This document shows positions 1-7,757 of a stretch of 64,000 bases of DNA, piece after piece. The notes under the pieces are model-generated. The model worked only from the letters and a program-made list of their open reading frames with translations, ran no database searches and was not told the DNA's origin. The DNA comes from an uncultured Azospirillum sp. (GTDB taxonomy: Bacteria > Pseudomonadota > Alphaproteobacteria > CACIAM-22H2): assembly GCA_964416335.1 (NCBI GenBank), contig CAYQDN010000014.1, positions 15,107-79,106 of the forward strand, given 5' to 3'. The translations under genes were made by a program, and so were the position numbers. How positions within the stretch are numbered: position 1 is the stretch's first letter; every line of letters starts with the position of its first letter.

Positions 1-632
1 GCACGACGGGCATCTATTTCATCATGATCACGCTCGCCTTCGCGCAGATGGTCTATTTCTTCTTCGTCTCCTTGCGCGCCTATGGCGGCGACGACGGGCT
101 GCGCTTCCCCGGCGCGACGGTCGTCCTCGGCCTGATCGACACCGAAGACGACGTCGCGTTCTACTATCTCGTCTTCGCGATCCTGTGCGCGGTCCTCTAT
201 GCCGGCCATCGGCTCGTCAATTCGCGCTTCGGCCTGGTCGTGCAGGGCTGCCGCGAGAACGAGCGGCGCATGAAGGCGCTGGGCTTCCCGACCACGCGCT
301 ACAAGCTTGCCTGCTTCACCATCGCCGGTGCCGTGGCGGGGCTGGCCGGTGCGCTGCTTGCGGCACACGAAAGCTATATCAGCCCGTCGATCATGCACTG
401 GACGCGCTCGGGCGACCTGATCGTGATGGTCGTCCTCGGCGGCATCGGCACGCTGGTCGGGCCGGTCGTGGGCGCCGTCACGTTCCTGTTCCTGGAAAAG
501 ACGCTGCCCGACTATACCGAGCACTGGATGGTCGTCTTCGGCCCGATCCTGCTGCTGCTCGTGCTGTTCGCGCGGCGCGGCATCTTCGGCTGGTTCCGGC
601 CGACGGAGGTGCAGGATGGCGACCGCCCCTGA
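1..632 (+). CDS. Branched-chain amino-acid ABC transporter permease (LivM-like), C-terminal fragment. The gene starts upstream of the window.
   Basis: The ORF 24..632 is an in-frame hydrophobic C-terminus typical of LivM/LivH permeases. It is followed by translationally coupled livG and livF. Confidence 0.75.
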   Translation, partial: TTGIYFIMITLAFAQMVYFFFVSLRAYGGDDGLRFPGATVVLGLIDTEDDVAFYYLVFAILCAVLYAGHRLVNSRFGLVVQGCRENERRMKALGFPTTRYKLACFTIAGAVAGLAGALLAAHESYISPSIMHWTRSGDLIVMVVLGGIGTLVGPVVGAVTFLFLEKTLPDYTEHWMVVFGPILLLLVLFARRGIFGWFRPTEVQDGDRP

Positions 633-1377
633 CACGCTTCTTGCGGTCGACCGGCTGGTCAAGCGCTTCGGCGGCCTGACGGCGACCGACAACGTGTCGC
701 TCGACGTGCGGCGCGGCGAGATCCACGCGATCATCGGGCCCAACGGTGCCGGGAAGACCACCTTCATCGCCCAGCTTGCCGGCGAACTGAAACCCAACGG
801 CGGTTCCATCCTGTTCGACGGGGCGGACGTCACGGCCCTGGGCGTCGATGCGCGCGCCCGCCTCGGCATCGCGCGCTCCTACCAGATCACCCAGGTCTTC
901 GCCGGGTTCACGGCCCTCGACAATGTCGCGATGGCCGTGCAGGCGCAGGACGGGCATTCCTTCCGCTTCTGGCAGAAGGCACGCACGCAGGGATCGTTGC
1001 GCGATCCCGCCCGCGCGATCCTCGCGCGCGTCGGGCTCGAGGCGCGCGCCGACGTGCGGGCGGCGAACCTCGCGCATGGCGAGCAGCGCCAGCTCGAGAT
1101 CGCCATGGCGCTGGCCACACGCCCGCGCCTGCTGCTGCTCGACGAACCGATGGCCGGCATGGGCAAGGACGAGTCCGAGCGCATGACGCAGCTGCTGTCC
1201 AGGCTCAAGCGCGAGGAGACGATCCTGCTGGTCGAGCACGACATGGACGTGGTCTTCGCGCTCGCCGACCGGATCACCGTCCTCGTCTATGGCCGCGTCA
1301 TCGCGTCGGGCACGCCCGATGCGATTCGCGGCGACGCGGAAGTCCGCGCCGCCTATCTGGGGGACGGCGATGCTTGA
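616..1377 (+). CDS. livG: Branched-chain amino-acid ABC transporter ATP-binding protein LivG
   Basis: Walker A motif GPNGAGKTT, the ABC signature and a LivG-type C-terminus. The start overlaps the end of the permease gene. Confidence 0.85.
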   Translation: MATAPDTLLAVDRLVKRFGGLTATDNVSLDVRRGEIHAIIGPNGAGKTTFIAQLAGELKPNGGSILFDGADVTALGVDARARLGIARSYQITQVFAGFTALDNVAMAVQAQDGHSFRFWQKARTQGSLRDPARAILARVGLEARADVRAANLAHGEQRQLEIAMALATRPRLLLLDEPMAGMGKDESERMTQLLSRLKREETILLVEHDMDVVFALADRITVLVYGRVIASGTPDAIRGDAEVRAAYLGDGDA

Positions 1378-2062
1378 GGTCGAGAATCTCGAGACCAGCT
1401 ACGGCGCAAGCCAGATCCTGTTCGGCATCTCCTTTACGGTCGCCGCGGGCGAGGTCGTGACGCTTCTGGGCCGCAACGGCATGGGCAAGACGACGACCGT
1501 GCGCTCGATCATGTCACTCACACGTCCCAAGGCCGGCTCGGTGCGGCTCGACGGCAGGGCGATGACGGGGCTGCCCGCCTATCGCGTGGCGCAGGCCGGC
1601 ATCGGGCTGGTGCCCGAAGGCCGCCAGATCTTCCCGAACCTGACGGTGCGCGAGAATCTTGTCGCCACCGCGCGACCGGTCGCGGGCGGCTGGACGCTCG
1701 ACAAGGTGCACGGCTATTTCCCGCGGTTGGCCGAGCGCGCGTCCAACATGGGCAACCAGCTGTCGGGCGGCGAACAGCAGATGCTCGCCATCGGCCGCGC
1801 ACTGATGACGAACCCGAAGCTGCTGATCCTCGACGAGGCGACCGAGGGCCTTGCCCCGCTCGTCCGCCAGGAAATCTGGCGGTGCCTTGCCGCCCTCAAG
1901 GCCGAGCGGCAGGCGATCCTCGTGATCGACAAGAATCTTGAGTCTCTTCTGAAGCTTGCGGACCGCCACGTCGTCGTCGAGAAGGGCCGCGTGGTCTGGC
2001 AGGGCGGCTCGCGCGAGCTGGCGGCCGCCCCGGAAATCCAGCATCGCTATCTCGGCGTCTGA
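1370..2062 (+). CDS. livF: Branched-chain amino-acid ABC transporter ATP-binding protein LivF
   Basis: N-terminus MLEVENLETSYG, Walker A motif GRNGMGKTT and signature LSGGEQQML. The ATG at 1370 overlaps the livG stop. Confidence 0.85.
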   Translation: MLEVENLETSYGASQILFGISFTVAAGEVVTLLGRNGMGKTTTVRSIMSLTRPKAGSVRLDGRAMTGLPAYRVAQAGIGLVPEGRQIFPNLTVRENLVATARPVAGGWTLDKVHGYFPRLAERASNMGNQLSGGEQQMLAIGRALMTNPKLLILDEATEGLAPLVRQEIWRCLAALKAERQAILVIDKNLESLLKLADRHVVVEKGRVVWQGGSRELAAAPEIQHRYLGV

Positions 2063-2240
2063 TCGTCCTTGACCTGCTGACTCCGCCTCCTTCATGATTC
2101 TTGGGTCGAGGTCCGGTCGATTCGCCCGTTCATCGGGAGAGTGGCTGGATGGGTGGGCGGCCCTATCCGTCCTTCCGGCGACCGATACGACGTCCGCGCG
2201 GGATCGCGGGCCGGTCGCCGCCACGAAAGGAGGTGATCCA

Positions 2241-2360
2241 GTGCGCACAGGATCGTTCAATTCCGGCTTCGTGCCGGTGCTTGCCGTGACCGCTTTGGAG
2301 AAATTCGAAGCTGGCCATGCGCGGACGACGACCTCAGCGATCGCCTCCGACGTGGAATGA
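2241..2360 (+). CDS. Candidate small ORF of 39 aa with a GTG start, preceded by a near-perfect Shine-Dalgarno sequence. It may instead be a structured non-coding leader.
   Basis: The sequence GAAAGGAGGTGATCCA, complementary to the 16S 3-prime end, lies 7 nt upstream of GTG 2241. The ORF ends at TGA 2358-2360, just before two hairpins. The codon bias is only moderately GC3-rich. Confidence 0.2.
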   Translation: MRTGSFNSGFVPVLAVTALEKFEAGHARTTTSAIASDVE

Positions 2361-2395
2361 CGGGCCGCAAGGCCCCTTAACGGCATTCGATCCGA

Positions 2396-2433
2396 CCCCC
2401 GCCGGGTCCCGCCCGGCGGGGGTTTCGATTCTT
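2396..2433 (+). terminator. Rho-independent terminator-like hairpin with an 11-bp GC stem (cccccgccggg / cccggcggggg) followed by TTTCGATTCTT.
   Basis: The hairpin is seen directly in the sequence. It is preceded by a second GNRA-loop hairpin, GGGCC-GCAA-GGCCC, at 2362-2375. It lies at the left edge of the AT-rich island. Confidence 0.6.
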
Positions 2434-2500
2434 ATGGACTAGTCCGTCCAATAAATTGAAAATCAAATAAAATCGATCTTTGATTGTTTTGAGGCAAAAG

Positions 2501-3535
2501 ATGAAGCGGTTCGATACGCGCCCCTACAGCGTTGCCGATTTTATCGAATGGACTGCAAATGGACTCTTGAATTTGAGCCCAGATTTTCAGCGGCGCTCGG
2601 TGTGGAAAGAGTCTGCCCGCTCGTACTTAATCGACACACTATTGCGCGGCCGACCGATTCCGAAAATATTGATCACCCAACATTTAAAGGCAGGAAAAAC
2701 CGTCCGTGTCGTTGTCGATGGGCAGCAGAGGCTTCGCGCAATTTTAGACTATGTCTCAGACTCATTTAAGATTTCCAAAGCCCACAACCCAGAATTCCCG
2801 GTCGTATACTCAAAGCTTCCTGAAGAGATGCAGGATGCTCTCAGAACTTATGAAATATCTTGCGACCTGCTTTATGGCGCTGAGTACGAAGAAATATTAG
2901 ACATCTTTACACGCTTGAACGCGTACACGGTTCCGCTTACTCAACAGGAAAAGCTGAACGCAGAGTACGTCGGCTACTTCAAGCAAACGTCCTACAAAAT
3001 CGGCTATAAATACGTCAAATACTGGTTGGATTCCGGTGTCTTAAGCCAAGATCGAATTGCTCGAATGGGGGAAGCGGAATTGGCCTCCGACCTCACAATC
3101 GCAATGCTCTTTGGCGTTCAAACAAGCAAATCGATTCCGACATATTACAAGCGTTTTGAAGACAACGACACTGCGCTCAAAAATGCTGAGGTTCGATTTG
3201 ATCGAGTCATGTCGATAGTTGGCGCCATATATCCAGTGGCAGAACTTAAAGCGTCGATCTGGAAGAAGGGGCCGTTGTTCTACACCCTTTTTGGAATTGT
3301 CGCTCACAGCCAGTACGGAGTTGCTGGCGTCATTTCAGATCGTCCGAAAATCAACGAAAAGGCGCTTGCTAAGACCCGACAGCGCTTGGATGAAATTGGC
3401 GCGCTTCTGGACCGAAGTCCGACGACCCTCAATAGGGATCAGTTAAAATTCGTCGATGCGTCAAAGCGGCGCACTGCGGACACAAAATCAAGAGCATTCC
3501 GCATCGCATATGCGTGCAAAGAGCTGATCAAATAG
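2501..3535 (+). CDS. DUF262 / ParB-like nuclease-domain protein, of the GmrSD/BrxU N-terminal domain type. It is stand-alone, with no DUF1524 HNH-like domain.
   Basis: The N-terminal motif LSPDFQRRSVW (FQR..W) and the DGQQRL motif (nt 2717-2734) are hallmarks of DUF262. A GAGG RBS lies at 2491-2494 before ATG 2501. The gene sits inside a low-GC island. Confidence 0.8.
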   Translation: MKRFDTRPYSVADFIEWTANGLLNLSPDFQRRSVWKESARSYLIDTLLRGRPIPKILITQHLKAGKTVRVVVDGQQRLRAILDYVSDSFKISKAHNPEFPVVYSKLPEEMQDALRTYEISCDLLYGAEYEEILDIFTRLNAYTVPLTQQEKLNAEYVGYFKQTSYKIGYKYVKYWLDSGVLSQDRIARMGEAELASDLTIAMLFGVQTSKSIPTYYKRFEDNDTALKNAEVRFDRVMSIVGAIYPVAELKASIWKKGPLFYTLFGIVAHSQYGVAGVISDRPKINEKALAKTRQRLDEIGALLDRSPTTLNRDQLKFVDASKRRTADTKSRAFRIAYACKELIK

Positions 3536-3556
3536 CCACAAGTCGGTTTCGCCAAA

Positions 3557-4237
3557 ATGGCCCGCCTTCCAATTACAAGGGTTCCACTTGCTAAGCTCGA
3601 GAAGCATCTTAAGAGCATCGAGAAAATTGACTCAAACAATAGAAAGAGACTACTTCCGAAGCTGGCGCCCATTACGGGTGGCCATGCGCCGATACTATCG
3701 GTGGTGGCCCGCAAACAGAAAAAGTTGGAGCTAGAAACTCTGACAGAAGGACTCTACCTAGCAGTGCATAGAGAATTCGAGGAATTTCTCGAGAGAATAT
3801 TTATGCTTTATCTATCAAGATCAAATTACGTATCGATGTTGGGGGTTAAGGCCCTTGTGCAACCAAAGTCAGAAGAGCACGCGCGCAAATTGTTGAAGGG
3901 CGCTCATCGGGGTAGAGTTGACTGGAACGACACGGGGGTAGTGGCGGATAGAGCGGATATTTATTTTAAATCCGGACAACCATTCTCAGTTGTAATACGT
4001 CCGCGCCAAGCGATTCTCAAGGAAATGCAAATCATAAGGAACCGAGTTGCACATAGCAGCGGCGAAGCTGAAACGAAATTTCAAAATGTCGTGACTGCTT
4101 ATTTCTCGGTACCTCCAATCAATAGAGTTCAGCCTGGAGAATTTCTAAATCTTCCAGCCAAAGCGACGCCATCAATTTCAAATTTTCACTATTTTATTTC
4201 CGTAATTAGAGCGGTGTCTCGAGGCTGTACAGTTTGA
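3557..4237 (+). CDS. Hypothetical protein with a canonical HEPN-type Rx4-6H motif (RNRVAH). It is a putative HEPN RNase partner of the DUF262 protein.
   Basis: The motif IIRNRVAHSSGE lies at residues 161-166 (nt 4037-4054) and is followed by an alpha-helical region. A 21-bp gap separates it from the DUF262 gene. It has the same low-GC composition, and no other recognisable domain was found by eye. Confidence 0.45.
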   Translation: MARLPITRVPLAKLEKHLKSIEKIDSNNRKRLLPKLAPITGGHAPILSVVARKQKKLELETLTEGLYLAVHREFEEFLERIFMLYLSRSNYVSMLGVKALVQPKSEEHARKLLKGAHRGRVDWNDTGVVADRADIYFKSGQPFSVVIRPRQAILKEMQIIRNRVAHSSGEAETKFQNVVTAYFSVPPINRVQPGEFLNLPAKATPSISNFHYFISVIRAVSRGCTV

Positions 4238-4310
4238 TGGTAATTGGACAAATAGCCTTTTAGTGTAGTGCGATTGCTAACAAACGTCAGAAACCGTTGT
4301 TCCTAGAATT

Positions 4311-5087
4311 ATGACCCAGACCGATCTCCTGATCGACAATCCCGCACCCGGCGTGCGGCGCCTCACGCTCAACCGGCCGGCCGCGCGCAACGCGCTGTCG
4401 ACCGACCTGCTCGGCCTCGTCGCCGACGCGCTCGACGCCGCGGCGGACGACGACGAGGTCCGCGCGGTCGTCCTCACCGGCGGCGAGAAGATCTTCGCGG
4501 CCGGGGCCGACATCAAGGAACTCGCCAGCCGCAACGCCGTGACCGCCCTGCTCGACGCGCGCGTGGGCCACTGGCAGCGCATGCGCCGCTTTCCCAAGCC
4601 CGTCGTCGCCGCCGTGTGCGGCTTCGCACTTGGCGGCGGCTGCGAGCTTGCCATGCATGCCGACATCGCGATCGCCGGCGAAAGCGCCAGGTTCGGCCAG
4701 CCGGAGGTCAATCTCGGCGTCGTGCCGGGTGCCGGCGGCACGCAGCGCCTGGCGCGCATCGCCGGCCAGCAGGTCGCGATGAAGCTGATCCTGTCGGGCG
4801 AGATGATCTCGGCAGCAGAAGCCCACGCCTGCGGGCTCGTCGCCGAAATGGTTCCCGACGCCGATGTCGGCGCGCGCGCGGTCGCCCTTGCCGCGAAGAT
4901 CGCCGAGAAGCCGGTCCTCGCGATCCGGCTGGCCAAGGAACTGGTGCTCGCCGCGCGCGACGTGCCCCTCGAGCAGGGCCTGCAGTTCGAGCGCAAGGCG
5001 TTCGCCACGCTCGTCGCCAGCGAGGATTTCAAGGAAGGGGTCGCCGCCTTCATCGAGAAGCGGCCGGCCAAATTCAAAGGACGCTGA
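4311..5087 (+). CDS. Enoyl-CoA hydratase/isomerase (crotonase family)
   Basis: The sequence VLTGGEKIFAAGADIKEL and the crotonase fold signature are present. The protein is 258 aa. Confidence 0.85.
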   Translation: MTQTDLLIDNPAPGVRRLTLNRPAARNALSTDLLGLVADALDAAADDDEVRAVVLTGGEKIFAAGADIKELASRNAVTALLDARVGHWQRMRRFPKPVVAAVCGFALGGGCELAMHADIAIAGESARFGQPEVNLGVVPGAGGTQRLARIAGQQVAMKLILSGEMISAAEAHACGLVAEMVPDADVGARAVALAAKIAEKPVLAIRLAKELVLAARDVPLEQGLQFERKAFATLVASEDFKEGVAAFIEKRPAKFKGR

Positions 5088-5271
5088 GAGGCGCTTGATT
5101 TCGCGCGGAACGTGTTATAGAGTAATTTCCTAATTGCTCTTTGACATGGTGAATATGCGCGCACCATGCCGGCAGGTCGAGGCCGGGCGGCGCGGCGTGC
5201 GGCCGGGCACGGACTACAAAAAGCGGAAAACGCGTGTTGCAGTAACATCCGTTTAACTTCAAATAGATAAA

Positions 5272-5288
5272 TAGGTTACGGTAACCTA
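5272..5288. repeat. Perfect 17-bp palindrome TAGGTTAC-G-GTAACCTA within an AT-rich convergent spacer
   Basis: Seen directly in the sequence. Five GTAAC motifs and a second inverted repeat CATGGTG-N10-CACCATG (5145-5168) lie in the same 290-bp spacer. Confidence 0.5.
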
Positions 5289-5377
5289 TATACCCCCGTC
5301 CGGTTGCCTGTCGTAACCTCTACATTCGGCCATCGGTAACATCGATGCGGCGTCGCCACGGTTTGCGTAAATAAATC

Positions 5378-5899
5378 CTATGGTGCGCGCGGTGCCAGCG
5401 GCCGGCGCCGGTCGAGTTCGATCAGCAGCCGGCGTGCCCGGTCCGCCTCGCCGGGTGCGAAGCCCACCGCGACGCGCGCCGCCGCGATCCGTGCACGCTC
5501 GAAATCGGCCCCCTGCAGCAGCCGCCCGGCGCGTGCCGCATAGGCATAGGCGAGCGGCAGGTCGCGCGTCACGCCGGCCCCCTGCTCGTGCATCAACGCG
5601 AGATTGAGCATCGCCTGCGGATCGCCCTGCTCGGCCGCGCGCGTGAACCACTGGGCCGCAAGCGCCTGGTCCGCCGGCACGCCCTCGCCCGCACGATAGA
5701 GATGGCCGAGCGAGAACTGCGCGTCGCGGTGGCCGCGCTCGGCGGGCCCGATCCAGAAGAACCACGCCGTCGCCGGATCGCCGTCGAGATACGCCTTGAG
5801 CCCGGCCTCGTAGGTCGTGGCGTCTTCCTCCGGCGTCTGCGCGTGCACGGGAAGCACGGCGACGAAGGCGACGAGCAGCGCGCGGATCGCCGCCCTCAT
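5378..5899 (-). CDS. Secreted Sel1-repeat (TPR-like) protein
   Basis: The signal peptide MRAAIRALLVAFVAVLPVHAQ is followed by Sel1-like repeats (GHLYRAGEGVPADQALAAQWFTRAAEQG...). The gene is translationally coupled to the upstream EamA gene by an ATGA overlap. Confidence 0.7.
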   Translation of the reverse strand: MRAAIRALLVAFVAVLPVHAQTPEEDATTYEAGLKAYLDGDPATAWFFWIGPAERGHRDAQFSLGHLYRAGEGVPADQALAAQWFTRAAEQGDPQAMLNLALMHEQGAGVTRDLPLAYAYAARAGRLLQGADFERARIAAARVAVGFAPGEADRARRLLIELDRRRPLAPRAP

Positions 5900-6774
5900 C
5901 CGTCCCCCTTGAGCTTGCGCTCGCGGTAGAAGACGTAGATGCCCGCCGCGACGACGACCGCGGTTCCGGCCAGCGTCGCCGGGCTCGGAACGTCGCCGAA
6001 CAGCGCGAAGCCGAACAGCGCCACCCAGACCATCTGCACGTAGACGTAAGGGGCGATGACCGAGGCGCGCGCGTAGATATAGGCTCGGCTCAGGCAGTAG
6101 TGCCCCATCGTTCCGAACGCACCCATGCTGGCCAGCAGCAGCCATGCCGCCATGTCCGGCGTGCGCCAGACGAACGGGACGGTCGCCGAGAAGATCGCCG
6201 CCCCGACGACTCCCGATATGGCGATGCCGATGTCGGGGCTGTCGCTGCTCGCGAGGGCCCGCGTCATCAGGTGGAAGCAGGCGTTGAGGGCCGCACACGC
6301 AAGGCAGAGGAGTGCCGCCCAGTGCATCGAATCGCCGGTCGGCCGGATCACCAGCAGCACGCCCACGAAGCCGACCGTGACGGCGGCCCAGCGGCGCGGG
6401 CCGACCTTCTCGCCGAAGAAGAAAAACGCGATCGCGGTCAGGATCAGCGGCATCGTGAAGCTGATCGCCTGCGCGTCGACCAGCGGCAGGTAGCGCAGCG
6501 TCGTGAAGAACATGAACGTGATGAGGCTGATCAGGACCGCGCGGCCGATCTGCAGGCCCGGCCGGTTCGTCGCGAAGGACCGCCGCAGGCCGCGCCGGTA
6601 GATGAAGGGCAGGATCACCACGACCTGGAAGAAGTAGCGGCCCCAGACGACCTGCAGCGGGTGATATTCGCGCGTCAGATACTTGGCGACCGTGTCCAGC
6701 ACCCCGAAGCACAGCGTCGTTCCGCAGACCAGCAGGATGCCGATCCAAGCCCGGCTTTTCGGTCGGTCGTTCAT
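5896..6774 (-). CDS. EamA/DMT-family transporter (RarD-like)
   Basis: A 10-TM hydrophobic profile and EamA-type repeats. Confidence 0.75.
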   Translation of the reverse strand: MNDRPKSRAWIGILLVCGTTLCFGVLDTVAKYLTREYHPLQVVWGRYFFQVVVILPFIYRRGLRRSFATNRPGLQIGRAVLISLITFMFFTTLRYLPLVDAQAISFTMPLILTAIAFFFFGEKVGPRRWAAVTVGFVGVLLVIRPTGDSMHWAALLCLACAALNACFHLMTRALASSDSPDIGIAISGVVGAAIFSATVPFVWRTPDMAAWLLLASMGAFGTMGHYCLSRAYIYARASVIAPYVYVQMVWVALFGFALFGDVPSPATLAGTAVVVAAGIYVFYRERKLKGDG

Positions 6775-6823
6775 GGCCCCAATGTGCCAAATATCGGCCG
6801 CGAGGGGAAATGTCCCCGGCGCT

Positions 6824-7741
6824 TCAGACCTTCAGCGCGACGTAGAAGAGGATCGCCATCGCGACCGCGGCGGCGGGCATGATCCACAGCCCCTCGCCCA
6901 GCCGGCCCTTGTTGCGCAGGTTGAAGATGTGGCGGATGCCGGCCCCCACGCAGGCGAGGCCCGCGAGCAGCGCCCAGTTCCAGTCGTGGCCCCACGTGCT
7001 GGCGTAGTTCTTCGACAGCATGATGAAGATGATCGGCAGCGTGAAATAGTTGTTGTGGAGCGAGCGGAACTTCGCCTGGTTCGCGAAGCGGTACTGCGGC
7101 GGGCGGCCCTCGCGCGTCGCGTCGACCAGCTCGCGCTGGTTGGGGATGATGATCATCCACACGTTCGCGGTCATGATCGTGCCGATCACCGCACCGACAT
7201 GCATGTAGGCCACGTGCGGCGCCATGACCTGCGTGAGGAACCACGCCAGCAGCACCAGAAGCACGAAGGTCGTCACAGTGGCCGCAAGCGCATTGGCTTC
7301 CGCCCAGGCCGACTTCCACAGCAGGTCGTAGACCGTCCACGACACCGCGATGACGGCGAGCGAGAACAGCGCTGCCCCCAGCGTGCCGAGATCGGCGAGC
7401 AGCGGATGGGTCAGGAACGAGCCGCCGGAGCCGACGTAATAGACGACCGCGAGCAGCAGGATCCCCGACATCCACGTGAAGCCGGCCTCCCACTTGAACC
7501 AGTGCAGTTCCTTGGGCAGGACGGGCGGCGCGACGGCGAACTTCTCGACGCGGTAGAAGCCGCCGCCATGCACCAGCCACGTCTCGCCCTCGACGCGATC
7601 GCGCGGGGTTTCGGGCGGCCGGAATTTCGATTCGAGCCAGTTGAAGTAGAACGACGACCCGATCCACGCGATGCCGGCGATCACGTGCGTCCAGCGCACG
7701 ACCAGGTCGATCCATTCTTGGAAGAGCTGCAGGAAACTCAT
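6824..7741 (-). CDS. DUF989-family integral membrane protein (PuuD-like urate hydroxylase membrane domain). No CxxCH haem motif is present.
   Basis: N-terminus MSFLQLFQEWIDLVVRWTHVIAGIAWIGSSFYFNW. The gene is polytopic and lies immediately downstream of hiuH in the same orientation. The internal ATG 7741 was chosen as the start. Confidence 0.6.
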   Translation of the reverse strand: MSFLQLFQEWIDLVVRWTHVIAGIAWIGSSFYFNWLESKFRPPETPRDRVEGETWLVHGGGFYRVEKFAVAPPVLPKELHWFKWEAGFTWMSGILLLAVVYYVGSGGSFLTHPLLADLGTLGAALFSLAVIAVSWTVYDLLWKSAWAEANALAATVTTFVLLVLLAWFLTQVMAPHVAYMHVGAVIGTIMTANVWMIIIPNQRELVDATREGRPPQYRFANQAKFRSLHNNYFTLPIIFIMLSKNYASTWGHDWNWALLAGLACVGAGIRHIFNLRNKGRLGEGLWIMPAAAVAMAILFYVALKV

Positions 7742-7757
7742 CGTCGGCCGTCTCCGT

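Noticed and set aside
2094-2360. An 88-aa ORF filling the livF-island gap.
   Set aside because: The GC3 bias is only moderate and there is no RBS before its ATG. Only the last 39 codons, behind the strong SD at 2226-2240, are kept as a low-confidence candidate.
3041-3714. Minus-strand ORFs 3041..3307 (88 aa) and 3439..3714 (91 aa) inside the island.
   Set aside because: They overlap the well-supported DUF262 and HEPN-like genes on the opposite strand. They are AT-rich stop-poor stretches with no RBS.
2440-4270. Possible terminal inverted repeat GTCCAAT / ATTGGAC at the two edges of the AT-rich island (about 2446 and about 4243).
   Set aside because: A 7-mer match between two AT-rich 80-bp flanks is expected by chance. 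No longer TIR, direct repeat, integrase or tRNA was found, so mobile-element boundaries cannot be claimed.
5881-5940. A one-nucleotide discrepancy between my counting of the printed sequence line and the ORF-track coordinates for the EamA stop and Sel1 start.
   Set aside because: The printed line 5881 contains 59 characters, apparently with one dropped. The ORF-track coordinates were trusted, so positions in 5881-5940 may be offset by 1 when read from the text.
5378-6790. A 470-aa composite ORF on the minus strand.
   Set aside because: Only its C-terminal 173 codons (from MRAAIRALL, 5378..5899) encode the Sel1-repeat protein. The upstream part is the alternative frame of the EamA transporter gene (5896..6774).
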